Below are positions 36,325 through 49,800 of a stretch of 64,000 nt of DNA, piece by piece; within the stretch, counting starts at the first letter, position 1; the number at the start of each line of letters is the position of its first letter. A program made the translations under genes and the position numbers. The notes beneath the pieces are model-generated. The model saw nothing but the letters and a program-made list of their open reading frames with translations. It was not told the origin of the DNA and searched no databases. Location: NCBI GenBank assembly GCA_010909165.1, contig VJWM01000238.1, positions 124,001 through 188,000 on the forward strand, given 5' to 3'. This DNA is from Anthoceros angustus. Taxonomy: Eukaryota; Plantae; Anthocerotophyta.

Positions 36325-37699
36325 ATATACTTTATGTATAGGTACAAATTCATAGATATCTAACCATGCCATAGTTATAAGTATACCCCATACATTAATA
36401 TAATACCTCATCACATTTACCACCAAATGCGCACACATGCGCATTACGCTTCAAACGCCCCATTTGTGCGCTTTTCCATCTAGACTTCCGTCAGATATTT
36501 AACATTTTGCAGACATATGCCATAGTTTTCGGGTTCATTCCACAACGCTAAACATATCGAAGGACAATGTAAACGCTACGTAAATATGGAATGCCCGCCT
36601 ACAGTGTGTCCGCCGGAGGCCGATCTCCTTCCTCTGCTCGACCGACCATCACCCCCTCGACGCACTACAATCAAGCGTGTTATCGCCCACAAGCACTCCT
36701 CCACCAACCACGATACATGGCGGCGGATTGAATGTCCTCGATGCGCCGCTCGCGTGTTTCATTTGCCGCTTGCTCCACGCGCATACCGCAAGAAAGGAAC
36801 CGCATCAAAATCCAACCACAAGACAAATCAATCCAGCTTATTGCGACATGGACTTATACCACATGAATGCACATGCACATTTCGGCCATCCGCCTCTACG
36901 AGTCCGACTCCTCGCATCTTCAACATCCGCTGCCTTTGCCCGACCTTTTGGCCTAGCACCTCCCGCCTGCTTCTCCCGCCTCATGTCCACCCTTTGAGCG
37001 CCGGCATTCGAGCCACTAACCTCCACGCCAGCCTTGCACTCCGGCCCCATAGGCTGCATAATTCACTGCAAGAAGTTACTTAGGCAAAATGATCCGCATT
37101 CAATTCATCCCCGCCGCCATTGCCACCAAACTCACACTTTTGGAGACAGATCTTGTGATTCGCCTTGTGGGTGGCAACACACACCTCCACCTTCCACACC
37201 ATCCCCACGCCTCCGATCACCGAGTGATGCCTCCTCGCCCCACCTTCCTTCCCTTCCTGACATGCTATGGTTCCTTCCATCTTTTCGTGCCCTTCACCGC
37301 ACATACCTTTCCTTCTCCTTCGACCGCAGCCCATGCACACACACTCGCCATCGCTCACGCCTTCATGTCCCAACGACGCACTTTCTTCGCCACTAGCTAT
37401 TCCACCAAGGCCCCGATCTATCGCCATACCACTCCAAGAGTCTTGATGCCTCCAATCCATGTTTCGCAGCCCATTTCAACTCCTCATCAAGCGCCTCCTC
37501 CCCATCGCTGGACATACCTTCTCAAGTCTTTTGCTCATGGGACCAAAAGGATTCCCATCCCATGCTCGTGCTTTGCAAGTCGAGTCAGGGAGTTTGATGT
37601 ATGCAATGATTCACGCCCCAACATTGCCTTTGCAAGGAGGGTTATGTGTGCCAAACCCCGCAAGAAGCATTGGGAGGCGAAAAGGAGTTGAGGTATCCG

Positions 37700-38460
37700 A
37701 ATGGTACAAAAGCTTTGTGCATATGTTGGTAGTGAAGATGCATGTGGTTGGGTACAGATGCTGATTATGGTGGGATATGGACAAAAGGAGGTCCACATCG
37801 TTATGTCTTCATGTGCACCGGAGGGGCGCCTCATGATCTCGCTGGTAAAATGGCATTACGCTATCTACCAGGTCGAGTATGTTGCAGCAACCGAGGCTTG
37901 CAAGGAAGCCATATGGTTTGCCTGCTTAGTGGGAGACTTGGGGATCAAGGTTGAGCTGCCAAGTTGCATTGTGATAGCCGTAGTGCTATCCAATTGGCAA
38001 AGAATCCAAGGTTTTGCGAAGACTAAACATGTGGATGTGAAGTATCACTTCATTCGAGAGGTGTTAGATGACAAGAGGGCACAACTTGTCAAGGTTCACA
38101 CCAACCCCGCAGAGATATTCTTACCAAGGGACTCTACGAGCAATTTGCACAAGCTCTGACAATCGATGGGCATGAGATAGTCCATTCTCCCACGAAGGTA
38201 AATTGGCCTTTAAGTGGAGGTTGTAAGGGTATTAAAGCTCAATGTACTTAGACTAATACACTTAGTCTAAGTTAGGTGTCGCTATATCATTAGTTTAGTC
38301 AAGCTAATCACTAGGAAGCTTCTTGTGCTCCTTCCTAGGGGCTTCTTGTGGAGCTTCCTAGGGAGCCCTATTGAGGGTATAAATACCTCCAAGCCTCATC
38401 TCAATGTGAGAGAGTTACACTTGCCTCCTCCTCTCCTCTCCTCTCCTCTCCTCTTTCCAC
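37700..38460 (+). mobile_element. Copia RNase H fragment with PPT and truncated 3' LTR (third Copia family)
   Basis: EYVAATEACKEAIW..KTKHVDVKYHFIRE..VKVHT; purine tract AAGTGGAGG; LTR-like TGTAAGGG from 38222 with a TATAAATA box. Confidence 0.75.
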
Positions 38461-41360
38461 CATCATGTGCTGCCACACGATCCTTCATCCTCCTGCCCCA
38501 GCTGCTCAGCGTGGACAGCCTCTTCCTCAAAACCCTAATCTACAGGCAGTTGATGATGAGCTTCCAGCTAATGTAGATCACTCCGAACATGAGGACAGCG
38601 AAGATGAACATCTTGCAGATGCTGCTTACCCTGAATCAGACCTGGATGCAGATGCTGCAAGTGTTGCAAGTCATAGTGACGCTGGTTCTCTTGGTTTGGA
38701 AGACTCTCTCATAAATTCAAATCATACGGATGAAGAGGGAGCACCTCCTGCCGCTGCAGTGAGGGATACTTCCCCAGATCCTGTCTGCGGAACGCCGCCC
38801 ACGGCAGAGTGGCGGAACCTCCGCAGTGCTATCGATTTTCGCAGCACTATCACCATGTGATGTATACATGTGCACGGGTTAGGCCTGATCCTCAGAGTTA
38901 CAAAGAGGCACTTGATGGGCCTGATGGTAAACATTGGAGGATTTCGATTGATGATGAGTATAGCTTGTTGGTGAAGAACAACACCTGGGAACTCGCAGAC
39001 TTGCCCCCTGGCCGGAAACCTATCACATGTAAGTGGGTTTTCAAAACTAAACTGAAGGCAGATGGTACAATTGCATGGTATAAATCACGATTAGTAGCTC
39101 AGGGTTTCTCACAGATACCTGGAATTGATTATGGAGACACTTTTTCGCCAGTTGTCAAACTGCCTTCTGTTCGGATTTTGCTGGCCATGGCTGCTTACTT
39201 TGATCTCGAACTCCACCAGATGGATGTTTGCACGGCCTTTCTTCACGAGGAACTCGAGGAGGTCTTATATATGGATCAGCCTGAAGGATTTGTTGATAAG
39301 CAATTTCCTAATAAAGTCTGCAAGCTGTTGAAAACCTTATATGGGTTTAAGCAGAGCCCTCGTGCCTGGTACAAGAGGATTATGAAGTTCCTCAAAAAGC
39401 ATGGCTTTGTTCAATCACCAGCAGACTCTAATGTTTTTTACCTCGATTGTGATGGGCTGTTTGTCATCCTTGCTCTTTATGTAGATGATGCAATTTTGTT
39501 GAGCAATCACCCCGAGCGACTTGTGAAAGGCCTTCTTAGGTCCCATGGTCGCTTGCCTCTTCGATGACAGATCCCATGCCACACGGCACCATCATTCTAC
39601 ATCGCACCAAATACATAAAAGAAATCCTTAAGAGGTTTAATTTGACCTCAACACCCATGAAAAAGCTTACCGGACCAGCCACCACAGGATGTTGATGAGG
39701 CTATGATGATCTGGAGTTCCGTCTGAGGTGGTTTAATTTTTCTGCCAATGACACCCGACATCGCCTACTCGTTAGTGTTGTGTCGCAATTCTTGAAGGCA
39801 CCGGCAAAGCACACTGCGTCAAGTAAACGAGCATATCGCTACCTTGAGGGTCAATGCCCTACCACACCGTGACTAGCAAGAGGGAGTTTGACTTATGCAT
39901 TTGCGATGCCGAGTTGGGCATCGATGTGGACACTAGGAAAAGTCCGTACCATGTTTCTTCTTGCCGGCACAAGGTGCCATTAATGTCTTGTAAGAAGCGC
40001 CTCTTCTCTTGCACTGCCCTCGACGCCGAGTAAAGGCCTCGGATGCGTAAGGAGTTAGAATGGGAACGCAATTTCTTGATGCTCACTTACCATGAGCCAA
40101 CTTCATCTCGCCTTGGTGTCTAACCCCGCCCATGCAAGAACCAAGCATATTGAGTTGTACCACCATTACATTCGAGATGTGGTGAAAGGCATAGGCAAAG
40201 TGGAGTATGTCGAAGATCAAGATAATGTTGCCGACATTCTTACAAAGGCTTAAGTAAGCCAAAGCACTACAAGCACCTTGCACTTTGGATGAGGGTGTTT
40301 TCTATGCCCATCGCAACCTAGAATTCACCAACCTATGGCAGGCGTTATTGTGAATAGTGGCATGTCCTCGCAGGATTGCTTTACAGTTGCCGGGCACTGC
40401 GGAGGCATGTCCCTACTGCTCTGTGCATATAGGTTAAGGAAACCACATGGCACTAGGTGGTACTCTTGTATGCAGGCACCCTCTCACCGCAGTAAAGGAT
40501 GAATTAATAAAGATACAATCCAGACGTGAGCTGATCTGCATCGACTACCAATACAAATAGTGACTTTGAGTTGCTTACCATCTTGTGAAGGAGGGTAGGG
40601 GTTTTATGTTGGCCCCACACTGTGCTCATCTCCAAGTGTGCCCAGAAGCCCATTTCCTCCTCCTTGACCATCTTCCAATCTCGAACTGTAAGTAGAAACA
40701 TGCGGGCACGTGAGGAGGATTCTACCTACCGTGTCTTCCACAATTGACCTCAATTTTGGCTAATCAAGACGGGTCGAGCTCCTCCATCTTCTTGTGGTCG
40801 CGATGAGGTGTGAGACCGATTGAGTACACTGCGGCCAATGCTTATCCTCTTCATGACAAGAGGGACTTGGGTCGACCATCACCGAAATTCTCGAGTTCAA
40901 GTCCAAGAGGCCGCTCCAGCCTTGGTGGTGGCCACTCCTTCCTTGGTAGCAGGTTCCACTTGCGCCATGCCTCCATGCCGTGCTCGCCGCTATGCTCGCC
41001 GCTATAATGCACAGACCGCAAGCGCAAGCTTGCTATTTCTCTTCATGGCCACACCGACATCGCTTTCCTCGCGTTCACGTCCGAAGCTTAACCCTTAGCC
41101 ACCACGCTCCGCTTGCAGCCTTTACGCTCCAAGGCGGAAACGGAGCGTAGCCCTAGACACCGCTTCTCCTAGATTCCGTGCTAACCTGTGCTCGTTAAGA
41201 GGAGTGTTAGGGTTATTTGTTGAGGTCTAGTTAACCTCGCATGGTTAACATTAGGGTTTCATGGAAGTATATAAGACACAATTTTGATCGTTGAATTTAG
41301 TTGTTGTTCATTCTCTTGTGCATGTGAGTTTGGTACGAGAGCTTCTGCTATTTATTTACA
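38460..41360 (+). mobile_element. 3' half of Copia B: RT, RNase H, antisense ORF region, PPT and 3' LTR (41205-41360)
   Basis: KNNTWELADLPPGRKPITCKWVFK, HQMDVCTAF, YVDD; PPT GTTAAGAGGAG then TGTTAGGG..TTTACA. Homologous to 55770-58180. Confidence 0.85.
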
Positions 41361-41814
41361 CTTTGAGGCCCTCATGATGTTTTGTTTATTTACGCAGATT
41401 GCCCTGCAGCCTTAGGACATACTTATGAAGCTTTCTTTGGTAGAAACCAGCTATCCTTCATCTTGAACCTTGTTGCATAGCTTACGCTTTCATTCCTAAG
41501 GCCAAGAGAACCAAGTTAGCTAAGGCCAAGAAATTCCTTATGATAGGATACAGAAGGTATAAAGCCAAGCTTTATGACGTACTCGAACAAGGTGGTCACA
41601 CGCGGTCACCTTTGATGAAGCCTTACCACAAGTGATTCCCACCACACAGGAGATTTCGACCTCTCTCTTCACGCGTAACTTTTTCACGACTTTGACTTGG
41701 AGAGATTGCTCTGGGGAAGAAGAACAACATCAAATGATGAGGAGGCGATGAAGCAATTTTTAATGACTTCATAGCAAAGAACCTCTCCTGTGGGCCAGCC
41801 ATCGGTTATTGTCT

Positions 41815-42130
41815 CCCTTGTTGTAGATTACGTTGTAAAGCCTTTTTTCTCAAATTTTGATCTTTATTTCTTCAAAAATATTTTTATCATCATTAATCAA
41901 AAATATGATTGGAAGCCATTTACAATAGCAATTGATGATGTGGCTTCCTTGTTATAGATTACATTGTAAAATATTTTCTCAAAATGATCTTTATTTATAA
42001 AACTCTTTTATTATTAATCAAAAATATGATTTGAGGTAATATATATCAGCGATTGATGATGTGGCTCCTTGTTGTAGATTACGTTGTAAAATATTTTTCT
42101 CGAAATGTGTTCTTCATTTTTAAACTCTTT
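41815..42130. repeat. AT-rich tandem repeat, ~2.5 x ~125 bp
   Basis: TTGTTGTAGATTACGTTGTAAA recurs near 41819, 41950 and 42069. Confidence 0.8.
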
Positions 42131-42279
42131 ATTATTGTTATGAGGCTTAATACTAGTATACGCCACGCTCTTTGGCATTTTCTTAAGTGTTCTTATTATG
42201 AGTAGGTGCCACCTCTACACCCACAAGCAAGGCGCACTCCCCGATGGTACATGTTTGTACATGCGGGCCATTATATGAC

Positions 42280-42925
42280 CATTGTATGGCTGAGCCATTT
42301 TCGGGCCCATTGTCGGGCGCGCCATTCGGATTTTGCCAGCCATTTTATGCCCGCCATTGTCGGGCCAGCCACCGCCGGTCACCATCATCGGGCCAACCAT
42401 CGTCGGGCGCCATTGCCGGGCGTTAGGCGCCATTCTTGGATTTTGGCCATCCATTGTATGGCCAGCCATTGTCGGGCCAGCCATTGCCGGGCAAGAAGGG
42501 CCAGCCATTGTATGGTCACCATTGTCGGCTAATTGTATGGCCAGCCATTGTCGGGCCACCATTGTCAGCCACCATTGTCGGGCCAGCCATTGAGAGCACC
42601 ATTGTCGCCAGCCATTGTATGTAGCCATTGTGGGCCAGCCATTGTGGGGCCATATGGGGCCACCATTGTATGGCAACCATTGTGGGGCCATTGTATGGCC
42701 AGCCATTGTGGGGACCCATTGTATGTATTGTATGGCCAGCCATTGTATGGGATTGTATGCCAGCCATTGTATGGCCAGCCATTGTAGGCCAGCCATTGTA
42801 TGGCGTGCATGGGGCGCAGGCCATTGTAATGGCCAGCCACCATTGTGGGCCATATGGGGCCAGCCATTGTATGGACCATTATCAGGCGTTGCCATTCTTG
42901 ATTTTGGCCAGCCATTGCCAGCCAT
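42280..42925. repeat. Degenerate ~13-bp minisatellite (GGCCAGCCATTGT variants)
   Basis: Dozens of CCATTGT(A/C/G) units. Confidence 0.9.
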
Positions 42926-42939
42926 AATGGAGATAGTAG

Positions 42940-45900
42940 TGTTGAGTTATTTCGGTTTAGTTATATCTACATATATAGAGTGTGCACTTAGATTTAATTT
43001 AGTTTACTTACCCTTTCATTAGGGTTAATCCTTTAAAAGAGTCATGCCTTTTCATTATTAAGTTAAGTCTAGTTCTCGCTTTCATATACTTGTTTTTCCT
43101 TATATACATATATACAATGTAATTAATAATATGTTAATTGATCCGCACCCATTACATATTTTGTTATGGTATCGAGAGCTATGCATAGATTGCATTCATG
43201 AGAATGCACATTAAATTGGGCACATTTGGATGTGCACAAATATGTGTTTGTGTTTGTTTCTTGTTTAGAAAATAATTTTCTAATGAGAAAACAAGAAAAT
43301 GATCAAGAAACCAACTTGTAGTTTCTTTTCTTGATTTTTATTTAGAAAATTTGCATTTCTAGAGTTCGTTCTAGTGCACCTTGTTGTCGATTGTGTAGAG
43401 CAATTTGACACTAGGTACACTAGAACAACCGCTAATTGGCAAAAATCTTTATATAAAATCATATAGAATTACAAAAATGGTTCTCGAAAAATTCTAAAAC
43501 ACAAATCCTAGCCAAATGAATGGCCAATCTATTGGACGGGCAACAATGGCAGCCACGCCGAGCGCATTCCACGAGACCGCCAGAGGGCAAGGAGTGCCAG
43601 CAAATGATTGCAAGCACTCCACCAACACGTGAATGGACAGTCAACGCAAAATCAGCCCGCACTTGCTCTTGAAGTAAGGCAGTCATTCAACACATTGATT
43701 GCGACTCTCTCGTCAGCGCCATCCGTGTTTGCCCTCCACCTAGAAACCCTAACAATCTTCAAGGCGTGTGTTGCGAGCATTCCATGGTACCTGAATCGGG
43801 GTTTCGACCACACATGTCGCACCACACACAAGTGTATCACGCTTAAATGCGAATTGAAGCACACCGCAACATGTTGATAGACGTTTTCAAAACATCCGAA
43901 ACGCGCTATCGGTAGACTTACAAGATCCGAAAGAGCATAGGACATTTGGACTTCAAGTTGCTTACATTGTTAAAGCCCGCTTTACTTGCTAACCTGTGGG
44001 TGTTGCATGTAAGCGTGCAAATAAAACAATAAGCGCATACATTTGATGCTCCAAATTCATGTCCTCTTGCTCCACCTACGCATTTAACAAGTGGGAGATT
44101 AGAAAACAAAGGATTGCAAGAGTTCAAATGCACTGTCAACTCACCGGGCTACGCACATGCTAACCCTTTGTAAAAGCGGCGCGTTTGCCCATCTTTGATG
44201 CATCAATAGCATCTTAGATACCCTTGAACCATTAGCCCCGTTGACTGCGAGAGTTAGGTCGACAGAGCATTAGTCTAATGATATAAAATCCTAATGAGGA
44301 AGGACCTACAAAATCCTAAACATGGTGAGCCAAACACTAACCTTGGTGGAGATGGCTTCAAGGAAAAGGACATTTGGGGAGCGATTATGATATCTAGGTT
44401 ATGCGATGCGAGGAGCACTACAAAACAAGCAGCTATGGAAGCTGGCCAAAGGGAGGACAAGTTTCGCCATTGTACGCCGACTCCACTCCTTCTATTCGAA
44501 AAGAAGAATCGGGATGCATGGACAATATATTAGGGATGAAGCGCCATGTACGATCCGGAGTGGGTTGACCTCGACATGCGAGACAGACCTCTGGATGCAA
44601 GACTTCACCGAGATATGGTCCAGGCTTCAAGATCTATACGCAGCACAAATACCACAAGTCACAAGACGCAATGTTCGAATCGCAAAAGAGAGAGATACAA
44701 TTGAAAAACATCTTGGATTCTTTAGAACACTGGTTTCTAAGCTAGAGCGCTTCGTGAATCTCAAGCATGATTTACTCACATTGTATTTCATGATGTCACT
44801 CCCAGTCATGGTCACACTTTGTGACGTCCTACGCCGCAGCTTGGCGAAACTAGCTAAGGCTGCAGGCTTTACCCTTCCCCAAACAACGTTTTCAGAGTTA
44901 GTGAGAGCTCTTCTCCGGGAAGAAGCAACAAGAGGAACTAACAGGCATGCTGGCAAGCAGCAGGCTCTTTACACCACAAACAGAAACAAAGGCAGCAAGC
45001 CTAACTTCAGAGGTAGACAGAATACCTCAAGTGCTAGCAGCTCATAGCGAGCTACTTCACAGAAGAAACCCAAGAAGACTGGAAACTGCCACTAGTGCCA
45101 GATTCCAGGTCATTGGGAAAGCAAGTGTCGAAAGAAGCAGTCTGGGGTACCTCGCAAGGAGGGCAACTCCACTTTTGAGACACACGCCATGGTGAAAAGC
45201 AAGCTTCCCTTCATCCACGGTAGGGACTAGGGAGTTTGCTCATCTTGCTAACCCCACATGTCTCCAACAAACACACAAGGGAGACGATGAGTGGTACCTT
45301 GATACAAATAACAAGGCGCACATTAGTTTCGATAGAAACGCATTCGTCATATAGACCAGCTAAAGATCGTTCGTTTACGGTGACGATAGATCACTTGTGT
45401 CTCTAGGAATAGGCAGTGAAAATTCCAGTTCCTTCGGGGATCACACTCTTACTCATAGATGTGTATCATGTCCACGAAATGACTAGGAACCTCATCTACA
45501 TTAGGAAGCTCAACATGGATAACAACCATATCCTGTCACTCCACGAATGTAGGATCATCGATGCATTTGATCATGAAAAGTAATAGCTTATGGTTCAGAC
45601 CATGAACTATTTCGTTTGCACACACACGTGATGCGAACACACTTAGCTTCTAAGTCTTCAGAGACAACTGCAAAGCGCTGCAAAGCAGATAGAAAAAGCT
45701 AGGTTATGGCATGCACGTTTAGGTCACCCTCATCGTGCCAAGTTACGAAACTAGCGACTAGTGACATGTATGGTGATGGAAAAATTGGCGGTTTGCCACC
45801 CTTACCACTTTGTGAAGCCTGTCTTGTCCAAAGCCATCAAGCGACCTTCAAGAACCAAGCTCCTCTGTCTTCACGTTCTTGAGCTCCCACCCGACATATG

Positions 45901-46200
45901 TGGGCCACTTTCATGACCCTCAATTGGTGGTGGCGGATATTTCCTAACATTCACGACAAGACCGGTTTGTCATGGCTTATATTAAAGCCAAAGTGAATAC
46001 TTCTCCTGTTTAAAGACTACATGAAGTATACGAGAGATGGACTGGAAAGCAGTGAAAACCCTCTAGATTCGACAATGGTAGTGAATTCACATCAAACGAA
46101 TTTCAAGCCTATTGTGCGAGATGAGGGATAGGACAACTTCATGTCGTACACACCACAACAAAATGGTGTCTGGTGCTTGAATTTAACACTCTGCAGGAGA
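42940..46200 (+). mobile_element. 5' part of a fourth Copia family: LTR-like segment (~42940-43166), PBS, long leader, gag-PR-IN, truncated
   Basis: PBS TGGTATCGAGAGC at ~43167; gag 44294-45130 with zinc-knuckle remnant C..C...GHW..KC; EWYLDT; WHARLGHP; CEAC. Confidence 0.75.
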
Positions 46201-46241
46201 TGCTTTCTTCCTTGCTCCACCAAGCCGCCACACCCCATCTC

Positions 46242-46410
46242 ATTAGGTTATTTGTTGAGGTCTTAACCTCGCATGGTTAACATTAGGGTTTCGTTGATGG
46301 AAGTATATAAGACACAATTTTGTTCGTTGAATTTAGTTGTTGTTCATTCTCTTGTGCACATGTGAGTTTGGTGTACGAGAGCTTCCGCGTTATTTATACA
46401 TGGTATCGAT
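46242..46410 (+). repeat. 5' LTR of Copia B with PBS
   Basis: Matches 41205-41360 and is followed by TGGTATC at 46401. Confidence 0.85.
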
Positions 46411-46810
46411 TATACAATTTAGTGCCGCAATCTTGAGTCTATAGATCGCATTACGCACATAATATAGCACTCTATCTCGAGTAGGCTAGGGTTGTGTGCA
46501 TAATGGATTGTAGGCCACGCATGCTTAGCACTAGGTTAATTGATTCCGAAAACGCCTAAACTTCTAGTAAATGATGCAACTAGAAGTCACTAGAAAATCT
46601 TGTCGATATGACTCGAGAGGAATTCCAATCGTCCTCATCGGGCTGTTGAGAATTTTACGCAACCAGCGGCTAGGCATCGGTCACCCAAAGAGAAATTGGA
46701 TAGCTATCGGGAAGAGGAATCTTACCCATCCTTTACTTGCTACAAAGTGTGGAGGAAAACCGGGCACTCCGAGATTCCCCTCTTAGCGGCCACACTTATC
46801 CCACCGCCGC

Positions 46811-49800
46811 TGTGACGGGTTTCTCCCATGAGACTTGGGGAACGGATCTTGAGAAATCACTACCCGCAGCCTACACACTACCTCAGCCTTCTAAACAAGC
46901 AAGGCGCCTCTCACGCCTCCCTCTAGAAGCTACGCCCGCATCGCTTCAGAACTCACCAAACCTCAACCTACAACGACACCACACAATTGCAGTTACGCCT
47001 TAACAAAGAAGGTGTCTATCACGCGCCTGTGACCCCCGACCCACACCGCAACTCGTCCCTACTCCTAAGACACTCTTCTCTCCACAGTGGAGCGCCTCTT
47101 ACTTGCATTTGGGATTCGTCCCTTAGGCTCGCCTCGTGGCCTTCCGCTTTTCCTACACTCTAATCCTCCTCACAACTCTCTCAATCAACAACGCCTCTTC
47201 TTCTACTCATCTACCCTTCCTTCCTCCACAATCTCCTACTCTAACTAATTGTCGGCTCATTAATTCCAACTCGCCTTACGGCACAACCGCCTGGGTCCGT
47301 CCGGAAATTAACGAGTTCTTCCTTGGGCCGGTTGCTATGTGGTTTGTACCGAGAACCTCCAGGAGTCTTTCCTCAGCCTACCCTCAAGCCGAGAGTTCCT
47401 TGAGCATCGCCACACACTCAAAGCAAAACAATTCACACAAAGAACCATTCACAAGGGAGCAATAGTGTGGGCGCCTAAAGAGCAAGCCCTCCGCCCAAAG
47501 ACTTCACTGCTCTCCTCTCTACCAGATCGGTTATTTGCAGATAAATTCTCGCACAAAGTGAAGGACCTGGAGGATGGGAGCGCAAGACACGATAATTTTA
47601 CTCACAAGCTCCTCCTTTATAGGGAGGTCCTCACAGCCTCTCGCGCGCCTCGCACGCCTCACTCCTTATTTTAGTGTATCCTACCGATTTTTAAGTTCGA
47701 CATCCAAGCATCTTGGGTGAAATTCTATTCTAGCAAATTCTACCTATGTGAGCCTTAATGGCTCTGTCAACATTCCTATCCAGCTAGTCAACACACTACG
47801 GGTTGACAAGCATTAATGCTGTCCTCCCTAAAGAAAAGTCTTCCCCTAAGCAATGAGCCCACGCTCCAAGCTACCACCACCCTCTTCAATTACCTCTAGA
47901 TGCCGACCCCCGGGTGATCCCGGATGTAGGGCCACCCTCTACACCTCCTCCTACGTAGGGTCACTTCTGGCTACCGCCTCCACGCTCTCCATGCAAGAAG
48001 GTCTCCCGTGGCGGATCTTGCTCCATGCCTTCCTCTTCCTCCTCCGAGTCATCCTCACGGCTTGCTCATTCATTTCTTCCCATTCGACTCATCGACTCCA
48101 CCGCTTGGGTCACAAGGTCCATGACCTTCAAACCTTACGCTTCTAGCATCCTTCTATCATCAACTGGGGTGCCAACCTCTCCCTCAAAGCTCTACCAGAT
48201 CAGCCTTGATTCTAGCAGTCTATTGGCGAATTAACTGTAGGTTGCGATATTTGTTCTTCAAATCTTCCAAGTCTGCAGGCCACTCGCCCGTCCCACACTT
48301 CTCTTGCAAAGCCTCCCTTTCCATGACCAAGCCCCACTTGTATGGACATAGCATGATACTTCTCCTCCGATGGGCGCCTCAACATCCTCTTTTGCAAGGT
48401 ATGATCGGCTCGAACCTTCTCTTACGCACCAAAGCGTACCATGTCCTCGGCTTTCTTGCGACTCTCTTCCTCTTGCGAGGCCCTACGATTAGCTTCTCTC
48501 ACAGCCCCTTGGCTTCTTCTAACTCCGCTTGGAGAGTCCCATGACTCTTGTAGGGTCTCCTTCTCCTTCTCAATTCTCCTACCTCGAGGTCCTTGCCATT
48601 TAATAACTCATCCTTAGTCTCCGCAAGGCTCTGGACCTCCTTTACATCCTTCTTGGCCATCGCCATGGCACACACCAATTGTTGGACTTGTTCTCGCATC
48701 CCTCTATTCTCCAAGACCCATCCTTCCTTCTCCTTAGCGCGTGTCACCATAATGCCATCCAACTCTTGCACCATCTCTTGATGCCTCAACGCAGCTCCCT
48801 CAAGCTCCCATGTAAGTCGCCTTTCTCTTTCAGTAAGCCTACCTACACTTGACTCTAGCTCTAAAATCCTAGTTTGAGCTGCCCTTAATTCTTGTATCCA
48901 CGTTCCCTACTGGGGCGGCCCCAACACCCCTAAAGGTACCTAGTTCTACTCCTTCCCGCTGATTTATGAGGGTAGCCCCACTTAGGAGGTAGCTACAACA
49001 TGGGCAAGCCTCCTCTCATCCAAGTTCCTTGCTATCCCACATCGCCACACCTCTCCCAAAGTGTCCAAGTCGCCACGGATGTTTGAGACATCCATGGGTC
49101 GTTCAATTCAAAACCATGTCACCCCTAGCTCCATTCTCGCTCATGTGTGAGCGCCTCCTGGGCCCCTCCATAGGCCTATCCATAGGCCTATCCATGGCGC
49201 CACTCCACTAGGATATAGGTAGGGACACTTGCACCCCTCACTCACTACCTCGGGTGCCACACGTCGTGGGGACTCGACCCTCGCTCACTTCCCTGAGGGG
49301 TGCCTCACCCTACCGTCATCGTGCTGCCCCTAGGGCCTCCTCCAGCCCCATGGGTTATGACCCTTCCTACTTGCCCAAGTTCCATTGGCTGGTTTCTCCT
49401 TCTCTTCCTCCCATACCTCTTCGGCTTCCGCAATGGAAGCCGCCTTGACTCTCTCCACGAGAGCTTCTTCGCTCTCCACCGCGAGGAGTGGATCCAACTC
49501 ACCGCCTTCCTACCACCTTCTTCCCGATGCTTTGTGAATGAACTTCTTCTCCTCCTTCACTGCGTGGGACAGTAGTAGGCTCCTCCATTGCTTTCCTCTT
49601 CTTCCCGTCTCTTGTTGGGGAACTTCTCTCACGGGCTTAGGGACTCCTGCATCCAATGATACCACTTGGAAGTCCATCTTGGAAAATTCCAATTCACTGG
49701 CTTCAATAATCCTTGGAGCTCATAAATATGAATCGGTGGGTGGAGAGGTATGTATTTCGTGCTCTTGGATTCCTCGCATTGGGTATAAGCAACCTTCAGG

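Noticed and set aside
36420-37700. ORFs 36586-37083 and 37089-37691 as genes
   Set aside because: They are Pro/His/Ser-rich with no recognisable domain or splice structure, probably degenerate TE sequence. Left unclassified.
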